From the NCBI RefSeq assembly GCF_018977255.1, contig NW_024704742.1, positions 138,076,001-138,140,000 on the forward strand: DNA of 64,000 nt. Direction: 5' to 3'. Positions 10,590-37,752 of the stretch are shown here, in pieces. The notes below the pieces were generated by a model. That model was not told where the DNA came from. It did not search any database and saw only the letters and a program-made list of their open reading frames with translations. Made by a program: the position numbers and the translations under genes. The DNA is from Callorhinchus milii. Its lineage: Eukaryota. Position 1 is the stretch's first letter. Every line of letters starts with the position of its first letter.

Positions 10590-12640
10590 CCAACCTTTCC
10601 CTCAAAATTCTCCTTATCTACCACCCCCCAAGCCCTCCCCCACCTTCATCCCCGACATCTTCCCTCTCCCTTCGCTCTGAACCCCTCCTCAACCCTGGCG
10701 ATGTCAACCTTCACTTCATCCCCTCCTGCTCTACCTCAGCTGACTTTTCCTCCCTTATCTCTCCCTCCACATACACTCCACCACCCATTTCCGCGGTCAC
10801 CCCCTCGACCTGGAGATCTCTCGGGTCCTCACCCTCTCATCGACAAAGCCATTTCGGACCATCACTTCATCTCCCTCAACTTCTTAATCCCTCTCCCCGC
10901 CACCACCCAACCCACCTCCATCTCCTTCCGCTCCTGGAAAAAAATCTCCCCCCCTCCCTCTCGGCTGCCTTGGAGTCATTGGAATTCCTTCCCCTCTGGA
11001 CTTCCTTCCATAATGACCTATCCTCCTCGATCACTCTTCTCCACAGCTCCCTCTCTTCTACTCTTGATTCCCTCACTCCCCTCTCTTCCCGAACTGTCTC
11101 CTCCTCATACAAATCACCCTGATACACCATCCACCTCCGCTCCCTTAAAGCCCAGGCGTGTTATGCTGAGCGCACTTGGCTTAAATCAAACCTAACTGTC
11201 CATCGGCAGATCTGGCTGGACCATGTCAAATCCTACCGCTCCACCCTCGCCTCCGCTAAATCATCGTTCTTCTCCAAGACAATCTTGGAGGCTAAGGACA
11301 ACCCCAGGCTCCTCTTCTCCATCAGGAACCGGCTCTCCGCCCACCCTCTCACACCCCACCCATCCTCACCTCCAATGTCAACGGCGAGGCGATGCTGGAC
11401 TTCCTTGAATCCAAAGTCGAGGGGATCCGCTCAGCTGCCTCTGCCACTGCATCTGCTACACCCTCCCCATCTCTCCCTCTCACCCCGGCCCCTACCCATC
11501 CCTCCCTCCACACCTTTGAACCTGTCGCCTCCTCTCTCATCACCACCTTAACCCGCATGAACCCCACCACCTGCTCCCTCAACCCCATCCCTATCCCCCT
11601 CCTTACCTCCCAGCTCCATCTCCTTGTCCCTCTACTCACTGACATCGTAAACCTCTCCCTATCGTCTGGTACTGTTCCCACCCCATTAAAAACCGCCGTC
11701 ATCACTCCTATCGTTAAAAAACTTCCTGGCCCCTTCTCTATTCCCAAACTACCATCCCACTCTAACCTCCCCTTCCTCTCCAAGGTCCTGGAACGAGTTG
11801 TTGCTTCTCAGCTTCGCTCTTTCCTCTCCCGTCACTCCCTTCTCAAACCCCTCCAATCGGGTTTCCGTGCCGCCCACAGCACAGAAACAGCACTGGTCAA
11901 AGTAACAAATGACATTCTGTCCATCTGCGCCCAGGGCTCCCTCTGCCTCCTCGTCCTCCTTGACCTCTCTGCTGCTTTCGACACCATCGACCACCCTATC
12001 CTCAACCACCGCCTCTCCTCTCACCTCAACCTCCACAACGCTGTCCTTGACTGGTTCAGATCGTACCTCTCACACTGCCTGTACTTCATCTCCTCAAACA
12101 TTTTCTCCTCTAGCCCCGGACTGTCTCGTGCAGTGTTCCCAGGGCTCTGTCCTTGGTCCCCTCCTCTTCAATATCTATGTGCTCCCTCTTGGTGACATCA
12201 TCCACAGACATGGGGTCAACTTCCACATATGTGCGGATGACACCCAACTCTCCCTCTCTGCCTCCACCCTTGACTCCAAGACCCACTGCTGTCCTGACAG
12301 AATGTCTGTCAGACATCAAGTCCTGGATGAGAGCGAACTTCCTTCAGTTGAACGTCAACAAGACCGAGGCTCTCCTGATTGGCTTCCGTCAGCACCTCCT
12401 CACCTCAGGCGCTGACAACATCACCATCCCTGGGGCTCACTCCCCCTCACTGAGCAGTCCCGAACCTTGGGCTCTTGTTTGACCCTCAACTATCCTTTCT
12501 ACCGCACATCTGCACCACAACCCGCTCTGCCTTCCCCACCTCCGCAACGTCCCCCGGCTCCACCACTGTCTCACGCCGCAGGCCCCCGAGACCCTCACAC
12601 ACGCTTTCATTATATCAAGGCTCAATTATGCAAACTCCCT
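10590..12640 (+). mobile_element. L2-clade LINE ORF2 (endonuclease remnant plus RT), frameshifted
   Basis: [75 protein letters not shown]. Confidence 0.92.
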
Positions 12641-13099
12641 GCTATATCATGTACAAAAGTTACTGTACAAATTCAAGATCGTGTGCTAACGCTAAAGAGA
12701 TTAAGCTAATGATAGGTCTCGTGGTTCAGTCTTGCCCATCACACAGCGTAACTTGCTGGAAATCCCTTTCCTTAGGAACCCATTCAGGGACTCTTTGTTG
12801 GTTTTAAGTACTGTATGAGATTGAATTCAGATGAACCTGAGCAGCGATCAGATAAAATGAGAATTAGTCAACTACGTATGTATTTGAAAGGGAAGAATGT
12901 GGTGCGTGGGGGTCTGAAATGTGCAGTGGAATAAGGGCTGGAATATAGGATGCAATGAGGGGAATGGGGGTGGAATGGATGCAATGGGGGGAATGTGGGA
13001 TGGAGTAGGGGCTGGAGTGAAGGCTGGAACAGGCGAAATGTGGGGTGGAATGGGGATGGGGGAGCGGGTGGGAAAGAAAGCTTCACAACACTCTTGGAG

Positions 13100-13443
13100 T
13101 TAATAATAATAATAATAATAATAATCCTTGCATTTGATATAGTGCTTTTCACGTCGGGAGGACGTCCCAAAGCGCTTCACAGAACACACTGTAAAGTGAA
13201 TTGACTGTATATTTGTGGGCGAACGCGGCAGCCAATTGCGCACAGCAATTGAGTCGAGTCAATTGCTCGTGGATTTTTTTTTGAGGGAATATTACCCCCG
13301 GAAAGTGATCCACCAATCGAACTGACAACCAGGTTCCTACTTACTGTTGGGTAAACAGAGGGTTGTGGGGTAAGGAAACTTGTTTAAGATTTGCCGGGAA
13401 TCAAGCCCAGGTGAGCACTCTAACCAATACACTACTGGACTCC
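13100..13443 (-). mobile_element. SINE-A
   Basis: Reverse-complement copy with (TAA)n. Confidence 0.82.
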
Positions 13444-14029
13444 ACATATGAATACGTAGTTGCCTTGTTTTCCTTGGTCAGAAGCAGATGAGTAGCGCCC
13501 CTGGACCTTACAAGGGTGGGGGGGGGGGGGGTGGAAACAATTCAGGAGACGATATCGGAGAAAGAAGTGCACAAGAAGTAAAATTCTTCCCTGAGGCTTT
13601 CATAAAGTTTCCCCTTTGCTTTATCTTTAATGCTTAATGGGATGTTTGCAGCAGGAGTGAGGCGTTGCTGATTAATCTTTTTTTCATCTTAAAGCTCTGC
13701 TCTCAAGCGTTTTCCTAAGAAAACAAGTCCATTCTTGTTCATTTAGACGTGTTTCCTTTGCTATGGGACAAACGCAATGAGTTGGGTGAACTGTGCGCTA
13801 TTGTTATTATTATTGTCATGAACGCCACAGTATCCACTTCACCGGGTACGCTTTCGGAGCGCTTAACGGCGATGGAGCCTGATGCCGAACTGGGCAAAGA
13901 GGGTGGTGACCATAGGTACAGTCAAACTGCGATCTGCAGACCAGCAAGGAGGAGGCAAGGCAGATGGATTGAGGCAGAGGTCCGCACCTGAGCTGGTGGT
14001 TGTGATCAGGAGCGGTAGAGGGCGGGGAG

Positions 14030-15030
14030 GAAAGGGGCGGGAGGGTGACCGAAAGCACGGGCGCAGGGGAGGATCTTGAGATGGGTTTTGAAGGAGGAAA
14101 TGGAGGGGGCGAGGAGGAGGGACTATGGATGGAATTCCAGAGGGTGAGGGCACAGAGGCTGAAGGCCCACCCACTAATAGTGGGGCAGACAACTTGGGGG
14201 GATGTGAAGCAGGCCAGAGCCCGCTGAACAGAGGGAACGAGCAGGATGGTAGGGGGTTGGGAGGTGACAGAGGTCGGGGGGAGCAAGACAATGGAGGGCT
14301 TTGAAGGTGAGGACCAGGATCTTGAACTGTACCCTCAGTGTGATGGGAAGCCAGTGGAGTCGGGCGAGGATGGTGGTGATAGGGTCACGGAGCCCCTTGC
14401 GGGAGAGGACATGGGCTGCAGAGTTCTGTATGATCTGCAACCTGTGGAGGGAGGAGTTGGGGAGGCCGACAAGCAAAGAGTTTGCGTAGTCGAGCCTGGA
14501 TGTAATGAAGTTATGTATGAGAGTCTCGGGGGCCTGCGATGTGAGGCAATGGCAGAGCCGGGCAATATTGCGGAGGTGGGGGAAGGCAGAACGGGTCTTG
14601 ACACAGATGTGGTGGTTGAAGGACAGTTGAAAGTTGAACAGGATGCTACAGGTGTAGTGAGCATCCATGAAGGGAGATGCTGTCAGCACCCAAGGTGTGG
14701 AAGCGCTGATGGGAGCCAACCAGGAGGAGCTCGGTCCTGTTGACATTCAACTCCAGGAAGATTACTTTCATCCAGGACTTGATGTCTGACAGGCAGTCTG
14801 CGAGGACATCAGTGGTCTGGGAATTGAGAGTGGAGGCAGAGAGAATGGAGTTAGGTGTCATCCACAAAGTGGAGACAGTGGGAGAGGTAGGATTGGGGAC
14901 AGGCCAGGGCAGATACGTGAAGGTTGCCATGAGAGGAGAGGCGGTGGGGGCGAATAGAATGGTCGACAGTGTCGGAGGCAGCAGAGAGGTCGAGGAGGAC
15001 AAGGCACAAAGAGAGCCTTGGTCGCAGATG
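14030..15030 (-). mobile_element. L2 RT to 3' fragment
   Basis: [46 protein letters not shown]. Confidence 0.88.
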
Positions 15031-15519
15031 GAGAAAAGAGAAGGGAGTTCCTCTCTCTCCCGGTGTCCTAGCCGACAATTCCCCAGATAAAGTTGGTCTC
15101 TCACTCCCTGGCTCTTTGGGTTAGTTGCTGCGTGTAAACTGACTGCTGTCCGTCTTCACCCACAAGCACACAGTAACTAACACCAGGCTCCCGGCCACTG
15201 CCGGCCAGTGCACTGTTGGGCGAGGCTCTGGCGCCACCGGGTGGTTGACTGTCAAGCTTCAGGTTTGATCAGGAACAATCTTCATTCACGTCAAACACAA
15301 CAACAACAACAGATTGCGGTCGCACAGGGCCTCTCTCATCGCTCCTTCACTTCATGGCGGTTTGCGGGATGTTGCTGGGCTCAGGTTGGTTGGAGGCCGG
15401 AGCCCGCTGAGCGGAGGGAGCGGACGGGCAGTGACCGTGCGTTTTATCGTTGGACGCAGCAACCAATTTGCGCACAGCAACGTCCCGCTCACAGCCGTGG
15501 AGTGAATGACTGATGTTAT

Positions 15520-15810
15520 CTGGGGGATTGTCAGCCAGGACACCGGGAGAGAGAGAGAAACTCCCTTCTCTTTTTCCGATAGTGTCACAGGATCCTTAAC
15601 GTCCACCTGAACAGAGCACAGACGAGGAGTGAGGTTTAACATCTCACCTGAAGGACGGCGTCTCTGACAATGCCTCTTTCTCTCTCTCTCTCTCTCTCTC
15701 CCTCTTCCCCCCAGCACTGGGCTGGAGCATCAGCCTGGACTGTGAGCTCAGAGACCCCGACATGATGGAGGGAGGGGCTTGAACCCACAACCTCCTGAGT
15801 CGGGGAGATG
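15520..15810 (-). mobile_element. SINE-B
   Basis: Reverse-complement head and core. Confidence 0.72.
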
Positions 15811-16477
15811 GAGAGATCATTGGGGAGGGAGAGGGAGAGGGTGAAGGGAGAGGGTGTTTTGGGCAGTGACTGGGACACCCAGAACCCCATCGCAGTGCCG
15901 AAGAGTCTCCAAACCAGACTGAGAGTGTTCGCAAATCCACACGTCCTCATCAAGCTCTTGGATGTCCTTTCCGGAATGTTCCACAGCGCCAATATCCAAC
16001 CTGCAGCGGAACCAACGAACACGACGTCTTTGTGTGTTGGATTAACTGAATTAATACAGAACTCCGCTGCCCAGACTCTCACCCGCACAAAGCTCCCGTC
16101 CCCCACTCCATCCCCCCACTCCCCCACCCACTGCCTCCACTCGACTGGCTCCGGTCTCCTGTCCGTCCCTCAACCCCCTCCACTCCATCTGTGGCCGTGC
16201 CTCCAGCCACTACTCCCTAAAACTCTGGAACTCTCTCCCTCAATCCCTCCGCCTCACCCCCTCCCTCCCCACCTTCAAATCACACCTAAAGGCCTTCCTT
16301 TTTGATGGCACTGACGGTCACCTCCCCCCTCCCTCTCCCCCTGGCTCGGGGTCCGACTCCGGGACACTAGCCCGTGTGAAAGGCGCAGTATAAATGCAAG
16401 TTGTCGTTGTTCGCTGTCGCAGTGTATGTTGTGTATATGGCGCGTTTCACGTCGGCTCAACAGCAACCAACAACAAC

Positions 16478-16790
16478 AATAATAATCCCTCCATTTCATA
16501 CAGCGCCTTATCACGTCTTCGAGACGTCTCGAAGCGCTTCACAGAATACACTGTGAAGTGAATTGACGTGTACTTTGTGGGCGAAACGCGGCAGCCAATC
16601 GCGCACAGCAGCGTCCCCACAAACAGCCGTGGATTGAGCGACCAATTTATTATTATTTTATTTATTATTCATTTTTTTTGAGCGATTGTTACCCCCGGAA
16701 AGTGATCCACCAATTGACTGTAACAACTGGGTTGGTTCCTGCTCACTGCCGGGGTAAAGAGGCGTGCGGAGTAAGGAAACTTGCCCAACG
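16478..16790 (-). mobile_element. SINE-A, head missing
   Basis: Body and tail match. Confidence 0.8.
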
Positions 16791-17394
16791 TTTCGTGAAT
16801 TGCATTTACCCAGCGCCTTTCGTGTCGGGAGAACGTCCCAAGGCGCTGGGGACAGCGAAGGGCTTGGACCTGGGCTACGGGCTGGGCTGAGGTCAAGAGG
16901 GGAGGTGGAGAAGGGAAGGTGATCGAAAGCGCGGTCCAAGAGGAGGGTCTTGAGACGTGGCTTGAAGGAGGCGAGGGAGGGAGGGAGGGAGGGAGGTGAA
17001 GGGACTGTGGGATGGAGTTCCAGTGGGTGGGGGCAGAGAGGCTGAAGCCCCAACCGCCGATGGTGGGGCGGGCGGGGGACGTGGAGCAGGCCTGAGCTCG
17101 CCGAGCGGAGGTTGCGGACAGGTTGACATGGGGTTCGCTGGTCACGGAGGTAGTGGGGGGGCTTTAGAGGTGAGGACCAGGATAAGGGGGACAGCAGTGA
17201 CAGAGACCCGAACACACAGTGAGTTTAATGCGGCTTTTAACCCCTTCACGGCCGCCGTGCAGGGCTGGGCGCAATGACCCATGACAACAGGCACCTCGAT
17301 TGCCACGGTGACCCGTCACACCGATGGTGACAGAGCCTGTGGCTTCACCGTAAGGCAGGACAGTCAGAGTGGGAATGGCCAAAGATTTGCTTGC

Positions 17395-17755
17395 ACACAC
17401 ATACAAACGCACGCACACGCACACACACACACACAGGCACACACACACGTACGCACAGATTCATACAATTACACACAGACACACATGCGCACACACACAA
17501 GCGCACACACAGACATACATACACATGCGCGCACACACAAGTGCACACACCCGTGTGGACACACACACACACATGCATACATTCACAAGCGCACACATAC
17601 ACACACGCGTGCGTGCGCACAAACAAATGCACACGGACATACACATGCCCACACACACACACAAATCACATGGGCGCACACACATACACACACATGCGGG
17701 CACACAACTGCGTGCACACACAAACATGGACACACACACAGATGCATACACAAAC
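17395..17755. repeat. (CA)n-derived repeat
   Basis: Direct reading. Confidence 0.88.
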
Positions 17756-18362
17756 AAGTTTCGTCTCCAGGCCCAACCCGGAAAGCGGCTTTTCCTGAGG
17801 TTTTTTTGATGGCTGGGTGACTGTTTTACGCTGACTGTTAGGTCAAGGCGGGGGATATAAACCTCCCCCCCACCCCCACTGCCCCGTGCCCAGCTTGCTA
17901 AGCCTCGAGGGGAGATACTATCGTAGGTCGGGTCTGGGATTCGGGGCTAGTTCAGGTCTGACGCCTCCTCTGTGAGTACCAGCTTGTTCCCGTGCATTAT
18001 CGGCAAATCCCATGATAATAATAATAATTACCCTTGCATTTGAGACGTCTCAAAGCGCTTCGCAGCATACACTGTAAAGTGCAGTGACTGTGTGCTTGGC
18101 GGGCAAAACGCGGAGACAATTGCGCAGAGCGGCGTCCCACAAACAGCCGTGGATTGAGTGACCCAAATTATTATTAAAGATTATTGTCATCTCAATACTG
18201 TGCAGAGATTGTTAAATACTGTATAACAGGAGCCGGGGAATGTACAGGATTATAGGACGGTCATTTGTGAATTATTCTTTTCGTTCGAAGTGCAATGCGG
18301 AGCAACGCTCTGGAAGATTCTCAGTCCGTCTGTCTCCGCACAGGAAATGACAGATGTCTCCC

Positions 18363-31558
<13,196 letters not shown>

Positions 31559-32094
31559 GATGGTGGTGTCCTCACGAGGCTCCCTCACACACTCTGAGCC
31601 TCGTCACTCTCACAGCATCGCAGCTCACACGCAACCAGCCTAAGCCACTCACTGCACCGAAGCCACAGCCCAGTGTACGTCTGTCCTGAGAACAGAGAAC
31701 AGCGGTTATATCATCTCCTCCTCCATTGCTCTGCTCTGCGTGAAATAATCACTCAATCCACGACTGTTGGTGGGACACTGCTGTGTGCAAGTGGCTGCCG
31801 CGTTTCGCCCACAAAATACACAGTCACTACACTGTACAGCATGTTCTGCGAAGCGCTTTGAGACGTCTCAAAGACGTGATAAGGCGCTGCATCAAATGCA
31901 AGGATTATTATAATATGTTCCACAGTTTACCGCTCTCTCACTGAAGTAGTTTCCACAGATTTGTTCTGAATTTACCCCCCCACCCCCCCACCCCCCACTT
32001 CAGTCGTAAGCTGTATCCTCTGGTTTTACTGTTCAGTTCAAGATAAAACAGCTTAAGGATGGGAGTGGGAAGGGATTTGATTTATTGGGATTGT

Positions 32095-32510
32095 CTATCC
32101 TCGTCCTCAACTTCAAAGCCCTCCATGGCCTCGCTCGTTCCGAACCCTGTATCAACCTGTCCGCTCCCTCCACTCCGCAGGTTCCCGCCTGCTCCACTTC
32201 CCCTGCCCAGCCCGCCACCACCACCCCCACCATCGACTGTCGGACCTCCAGCCTCTCTGCCCCCACCGTTTGGAACTCCATCCCACAGTCCCTTCACCTC
32301 AATCCCTCCCTCGCCTCCTTCAAGGCCCATCTCAAAACTCTCCTCTTCGACCGCGCCTTCGGTCACTACCTCCTATCCCCACCCTCCCCGCCCTCCACCC
32401 CTCCTGATCCTGACCCCCAGCTCGGGTCCATATTCCTAACTGTCCAGCGCCTCGGGACGTCCTCTTGATGTGAAAGTGCTGTGTAAATGTAATGTGTTGT
32501 TGTTTGTTGC
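32095..32510 (+). mobile_element. L2 3' end with (TTG)n tail
   Basis: FKALHGLA..., tail CTGTCCAGCGCCTCGGGACGTCC...GTGAAAG. Confidence 0.8.
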
Positions 32511-32514
32511 TTAT

Positions 32515-32765
32515 AATGGATGGGAATGGGATGGTTTATTGTGTGTACAGTGGGTGGGAATGGGAATGGTTTATTGGGAGAGTGTACAGTGGGTGGGAAT
32601 GGGAATGGGATGGTTTATGGGGAGCGTGTACAGTGGGTGGGAATGGGATGGTTTAGTGGGAGAGTGTACAGTGGGTGGGAATGGGATGGTTTATTGGGAG
32701 AGTATACAGTGGGTGGGAATGGGATGGTTTATTGGGAGAGTGTACAGTGGGTGGGAATGGGAAGG
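32515..32765. repeat. ~38-bp minisatellite GTGTACAGTGGGTGGGAATGGGATGGTTTATTGGGAGA
   Basis: About 6 copies. Confidence 0.88.
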
Positions 32766-32887
32766 GGTTGCTTTGGTTCGGATTATCTACAACAGGAAAG
32801 TTGCAATTATTGTCCAGTGTAGTGACTATTTTTTCACAGTTAAACCCTTTGACAGACAGGTTTTGCACACAACCATGAAGTGAAGTG

Positions 32888-33223
32888 GAGTTCTGCAGCT
32901 GAGTGGTTAGAGCACTCGCCTCGCAGGCGGGAGGGACTGGGTCTGATTCCTGGGCAGAGCAAAAACTTAGGACAAGTTTCGTTACTCTACACACCTCAGT
33001 TTCCCTCGCAGTTGTTCCTGTCCATTAACGGATCGTTTTTAGGGGGTAATAATCCCATTAAAAAAAAGTCACTCAAGCCACGACTGTTTGTGGGACGCTG
33101 CTGTGCACAATTGGCTACTGTTTCGCCCCCGAAATATAGAGTCAATCCACTTTTACAGCGAAGCGCTTTGAGACGTCTCAACTACGTAATAAGGGGCTAT
33201 ATCAAATGCAAGGATTATTATTA
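32888..33223 (+). mobile_element. SINE-A
   Basis: Head, body and tail. Confidence 0.8.
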
Positions 33224-33683
33224 ATATTAAATTATTATCTACACCGCCTGGTTAATGTGGAGGGATATCAGTCAGGACAACTCCATTCTCTTCCCCAGCA
33301 GTGACGTGGGATCTTTAGTGTCCACCTCCACCTGAACAGCGCACAGACGGGGGTGAGGTTTAACGTCTCATCTGAAGGACAGCGTCTCTGACAACGTGTC
33401 GCTCTCTCTCTCTCTCTCTTTCTCTCGCTCTCTCTCTCCCGCCAGCGAGCTCAGCTCCTGCTACATTTGCCTGCAAAATTCACCGAATCTGCAGATGACA
33501 GTAATTGCCTGTGTAAGTCTTTGGAGACGTTTTGACATTGTAAGTGCTGGATGGAATGTGAGAATTAATGTTATTACGTAATTTGAAACAGCGGGAGCCA
33601 AGCTGAAGAAAGAGAGTTTAAGTGACTGCAAAGTGACTGCATGTGATATGGCTGAACTTGCTCTTGTGTTAAGTAATTAACTA

Positions 33684-34029
33684 TGATAATAATAATAATC
33701 CTTGCATTTGATATGGCGCCTCATCACATCTTCGAGACGTCTCAAAGGGCTTCGCAGGATAAACTGTAAAGTAACTTGACTGTATTTCGTGGGCAAAGGC
33801 AGCGTCCCACAAACAGCCGTAGACTGAGTGACAAAATTATTGCTTTAATGTTTTTTGAAGGGATTATTACCCAGGAAAAGTGATGCGCCAATCGACTAAC
33901 AACCAGGTTCCTACTTATTGCTAGAGAAACAGAGGCGTGTGGAGTAAGGAAACTTGCCCAACGTTTCACCCTGTCCGGGAATCAAACCTGGGTCCTCTTT
34001 GCTTGCGAGGCCACTGAGCTACAGGACTC
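33684..34029 (-). mobile_element. SINE-A
   Basis: Head, body and tail. Confidence 0.8.
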
Positions 34030-34184
34030 TACAGAAATGGTTCTGAAGCACCACTAAACTACCCCCAGGACGAGGGAGGGGGTTGCGGAGGTTGCGGTGA
34101 GGGGGTTGGGATGGAATGAGGGGAGGTCAAGCTGGAATTCCATCCCCCACACCGCCCCCCCCCACCGCATCAGACAAACCCTTG

Positions 34185-34275
34185 TCAGCCCGGCTCAGTG
34201 GCTCACACTCTCGCCTCCGAGTCAGGAGTTTTGTGGGTTCAAGCCCACTTTGGGGTCTCTGAGCTCAGCACTGGG

Positions 34276-34307
<32 letters not shown>

Positions 34308-34418
34308 CATTGTCAGAGACGCCATCCTTCTAGTGAGTCATTAAACCTCACTCCCCGTCTGTGCTCTGTTCAGGTGGACGTTAAAGATCCTGTGACACTA
34401 TCGGGAAAAGAAAAGGGA

Positions 34419-34458
<40 letters not shown>

Positions 34459-34490
34459 GTCCGGGCTGACATTAAGCCCAGATAAAAATC
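34185..34490 (+). mobile_element. Second SINE family (SINE-B, Deu-domain / SacSINE1-like)
   Basis: tRNA-like head (GGCTCAGTGG...GGGTTCAAGCCC), (GA)n, core GCCGTCCTTCAGATGAGACGTTAAACC...GTTAAAGATCC. Other copies near 5900, 15520, 23480, 33260, 37440, 43400, 46085, 56770 and 63560. Confidence 0.75.
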
Positions 34491-35499
34491 TCACTAACTT
34501 GACGGCTGTTTCGTGGGGCGTTGCACAAAACACACAGTCACTGCGGCTCGCAGTAAAACCACGTGAAGCATTTTTGAGACGCGATGAGGCGCTATATTAA
34601 GATTATCACTAATAATAATAACAAAATGTTCAGCTTCTTCTTAGTAAAATGACTATCTATAGGGAAGGGGGGGAGTGGCATCTGGAATTAAATTTTAACA
34701 GCGAGATATGACGTAATAAATAATAATCCTTGGATTTGATATGGCGCCTTATCACATCTTCGAGACGTCTGAAAGCGCTTCACAGAATATACTGTGCAGT
34801 GGAGTGACTGTCTATTTTGCGGCAGCCAATCGCGCACAGCAGTGTCCCACAAACAGTCGTGGATTGAGTGACCACATTTTTTTTGAAGGGATTATTATAA
34901 GATGTGACTGAAGTCCTCTCCTCCCCCACCACCACCGCCCGCCCCCACCCAAAAAAAAGACTAAACCCCCCCTTTAATTGATCACTTGCCTATCCTTGAT
35001 GTACCTGTCAGTCTAACACTTGGGGTTTGAGCCCCATTCAGGGGAGGGGAGGGTGGGGGGAGATAAAGAAACCCATCACTGTGTGTTGGGAGAACTTGTC
35101 AGTCCGGTGAACAGTCGAAGACGCCGTTTCTCGCCCAAGGCACAGTCTCTCCAGAGAAACTGGATTAAAAAAAAAGCCCCCACCCCTTCCTCAATCCCCC
35201 AAACCCCCCCACATCTACCCCAAAACCCTACCCCTTCCAACCCCTCAGTCTGATGCCCTGACCCCTGCCCCAAAATACATATATCTCCATCCCACTCACC
35301 AATTTACAGATGTCTCTGTTTCCCCTCCTCCCTTTCCCCCCCACTCCCCCTCTCCTGCTCACTCTCTTACCAGATCCCTCTCCCCCCCCCACACCCCACC
35401 TCATTGCCCCATTTAACCCTTTCCTCCCCACCCCCATTCCACCTGCAAACATCAGCCACAGAGCGTGAGATTGACCATCAATCGTCTCTTGTCAAATTC

Positions 35500-36330
35500 A
35501 CTCACTCTCTCTCTCTCTCTGTTTCTCTCCATCTCTTTCTCTCTCACTCTCTTTCTTCCCCTCTCTCTCTGTGTCTCTCTCTCACTGTGTTTCTGTCTCT
35601 TTCTGTCCATTTATCTCTCTCTCTCTGTGTGTCTCTCTCTCTTTCTCTCTCTGTCTGTCTGTCTCTCGCTTTCTCTGTCCATGTCTCTCCCTCTCTGTGT
35701 GTGTCTCTCTGTCTCTCTCTGTCTCTCTCTCTCTGTCTGTGTGTCTCTCTCTCTCCCTCTGTCTCTCTGTCTGTCTGTGTGTCTCTCTGTCTCCCTCTCT
35801 GTCTCTCTCTGTGTCTGTGTGTCTCTCTGTCTCCCTCTCTGTCTCTATCTCTCTGTCTGTGTGTCTCTGTCTCCCTCTCTGTCTGTGTGTCTCTCTGTCT
35901 GTGTGTCTCTCTGTCTCCCTCTCTGTCTGTGTCTCTCTGTCTCTCTCTGTGTCTGTGTGTCTCTCTGTCTCCCTCTCTGTCTGTGTGTCTCTCTGTCTCC
36001 CTCTCTGTCTGTGTGTGTGTGTGTCTCTCTGTACCCCCCACCCCACCCCACTCTCTCTGTCTGTCTCCCAGTTTGTGAGTGTCACTCTCTCTGTGTGTGT
36101 ATCTCTCTCTCTCTGTCTGTGTGTCTCTCTCTCTGTCTGTGTGTGTGTGTGTCACTCTCTCTGTCTGTGTGTGTCTCTCTCTCTCTATCTTTATCCCTTA
36201 GTCTGTGTGTGTGTCTGTCTCTCTCTCTCTCTCTCTCTCTATCTTTATCTCTTAGTCTGTGTGTGTGTATGTCTCCCTGTGTCTGTCTGTCTGTCTGTCT
36301 GTCTGTGTGTGTGTCTCTGTCTATCTCTAA
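35500..36330. repeat. (CT)n/(GT)n/(CTGT)n compound microsatellite
   Basis: Direct reading. Confidence 0.9.
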
Positions 36331-36370
36331 CACTCCCCAAATCATCACACACACAAAAAAAACACCTTAC

Positions 36371-36440
36371 CTGTGGGAATTTCCTTCTGTCAAGGTTGCA
36401 GTCTTGGGAAGGCAGGATTTTTCCTGATTTTCCAGACACT
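36371..36440 (-). other. PHF24: Candidate non-coding 5' exon of PHF24
   Basis: Consensus donor CAG|GTAAG on - at 36371/36370 in an island of unique sequence; it would join the acceptor at 31686. The 5' boundary is unknown. Confidence 0.4.
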
Positions 36441-36659
36441 CTCTCTCTCTCTCTCTCCCTCTCCCTCTCTCTCCCTGTATTTCCCTGGAACCCAGAGGTC
36501 TGGTTGGGAAGAGTGAGGATGGAGTCAGTCAATAGGGACCGCCTTAGCTTTAGCTCAGTCTGTGAAGCATTGACACATCACACAGTACATTCACACGAAT
36601 CTCTCTGTGTCTCTCACTCACTCACTCACTCACTCATTCATTCATTCACTCTCTCCCTC

Positions 36660-36690
<31 letters not shown>

Positions 36691-37014
36691 CCCCCTTGAT
36701 CTTCCTAAGTGTCAACACAGTCAAGATCCTTCTAATTGCTGCACCAAACCATACAGTACAGAGGGGAGGGAGAGAGAGAGAGAGAGAGCAGTTACCTCCT
36801 CTCTCTATTGGTTGCATACAAAGACCCCCACGTCCCTCCCCACCCCTCCCCACTCTCTCTCCCACTCTCTCTCTCTCTCTCTCCCCCCCTTCCCCACCCT
36901 TTTGCAAAATTACAGTAAGAAGAATCCTTGCGATTGATCTCCCTTCGCTGTGCGCGCTTCCCTGGATTTTATCGTCACGCGTAGTGACTGTTTTGTGGCC
37001 AAAGAAGGTCCTAG

Positions 37015-37390
37015 TGGTCCCGTAGCTCGGTGGTTAGAGCCCTCCTCACCTCGCAAGCGAGAGGACCTGGGTTCGATTCCCGGGCAGGGCGAAAGGCAAG
37101 TTTCCTTACTCCGCACGCCTCTGTTTACCAGCAGCGATTAGGAACCCGGTTGTCAGTCGGTTGGCGGATCGCTTTCCCGGGGGTAATGGTCCCTTACAAA
37201 AAAAATGTGGTCACTCAGTCCGCGGCTGTTTGTGGGACGTCGCTGCGCGCAATCGGCTGCCGCGTTTGACCCACAAAATGAACAGTCATCATCTCCAAAT
37301 CCACTTTACAGTATATCCTGTGAAGGGCTTTGAGACGTCTCAATGACGTGATAAGGCCCCATATCAAATGCGAGGCTTGTTATTATTATT
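37015..37390 (+). mobile_element. SINE-A, full length
   Basis: GTAGCTCGGTGGTTAGAGC...GGTTCGATTCCC. Confidence 0.85.
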
Positions 37391-37752
37391 TAGACGGTCC
37401 AAGAAATTTGCGCAACGCAAGTGAGTGAGCGAGCGATTAATGTGTGGGATTGCTGGCCAGGACGCTGGGAGGGAGAGAGAGAACTCCCTCCACGCTTCTC
37501 AACAGCCCAGCGGGATCTTTAGAGGACGTCTGACCAGGGCACGGACGGGGGGTGAGGTTTAACGTCTTATCTGAAGGACGGTGTCTCTGAGCTCTTAAAC
37601 AACAATGACAAACCATGTTTACGCCGTTCCCTTCGCGTCGAGAGGATGTCCCAACGCGCTGGACAGTCAGGGATTGGGATCTGAGCTGGGGGTTAACACA
37701 AGAATGGTGGAGATCACTGGGGGCAGGGAGCGAGGAGCCAAAGGCAACATCC

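Noticed and set aside
11392..12195. 267-aa reverse transcriptase ORF as a host or active gene
   Set aside because: Part of a frameshifted, truncated L2 copy
12869..13462. 11-bp inverted repeat CAACTACGTAT / ATACGTAGTTG suggesting a MITE
   Set aside because: No TSD, and matches of this length are expected by chance in 64 kb
17238..17250. piggyBac-like terminus TTAACCCCTT
   Set aside because: No matching opposite terminus found
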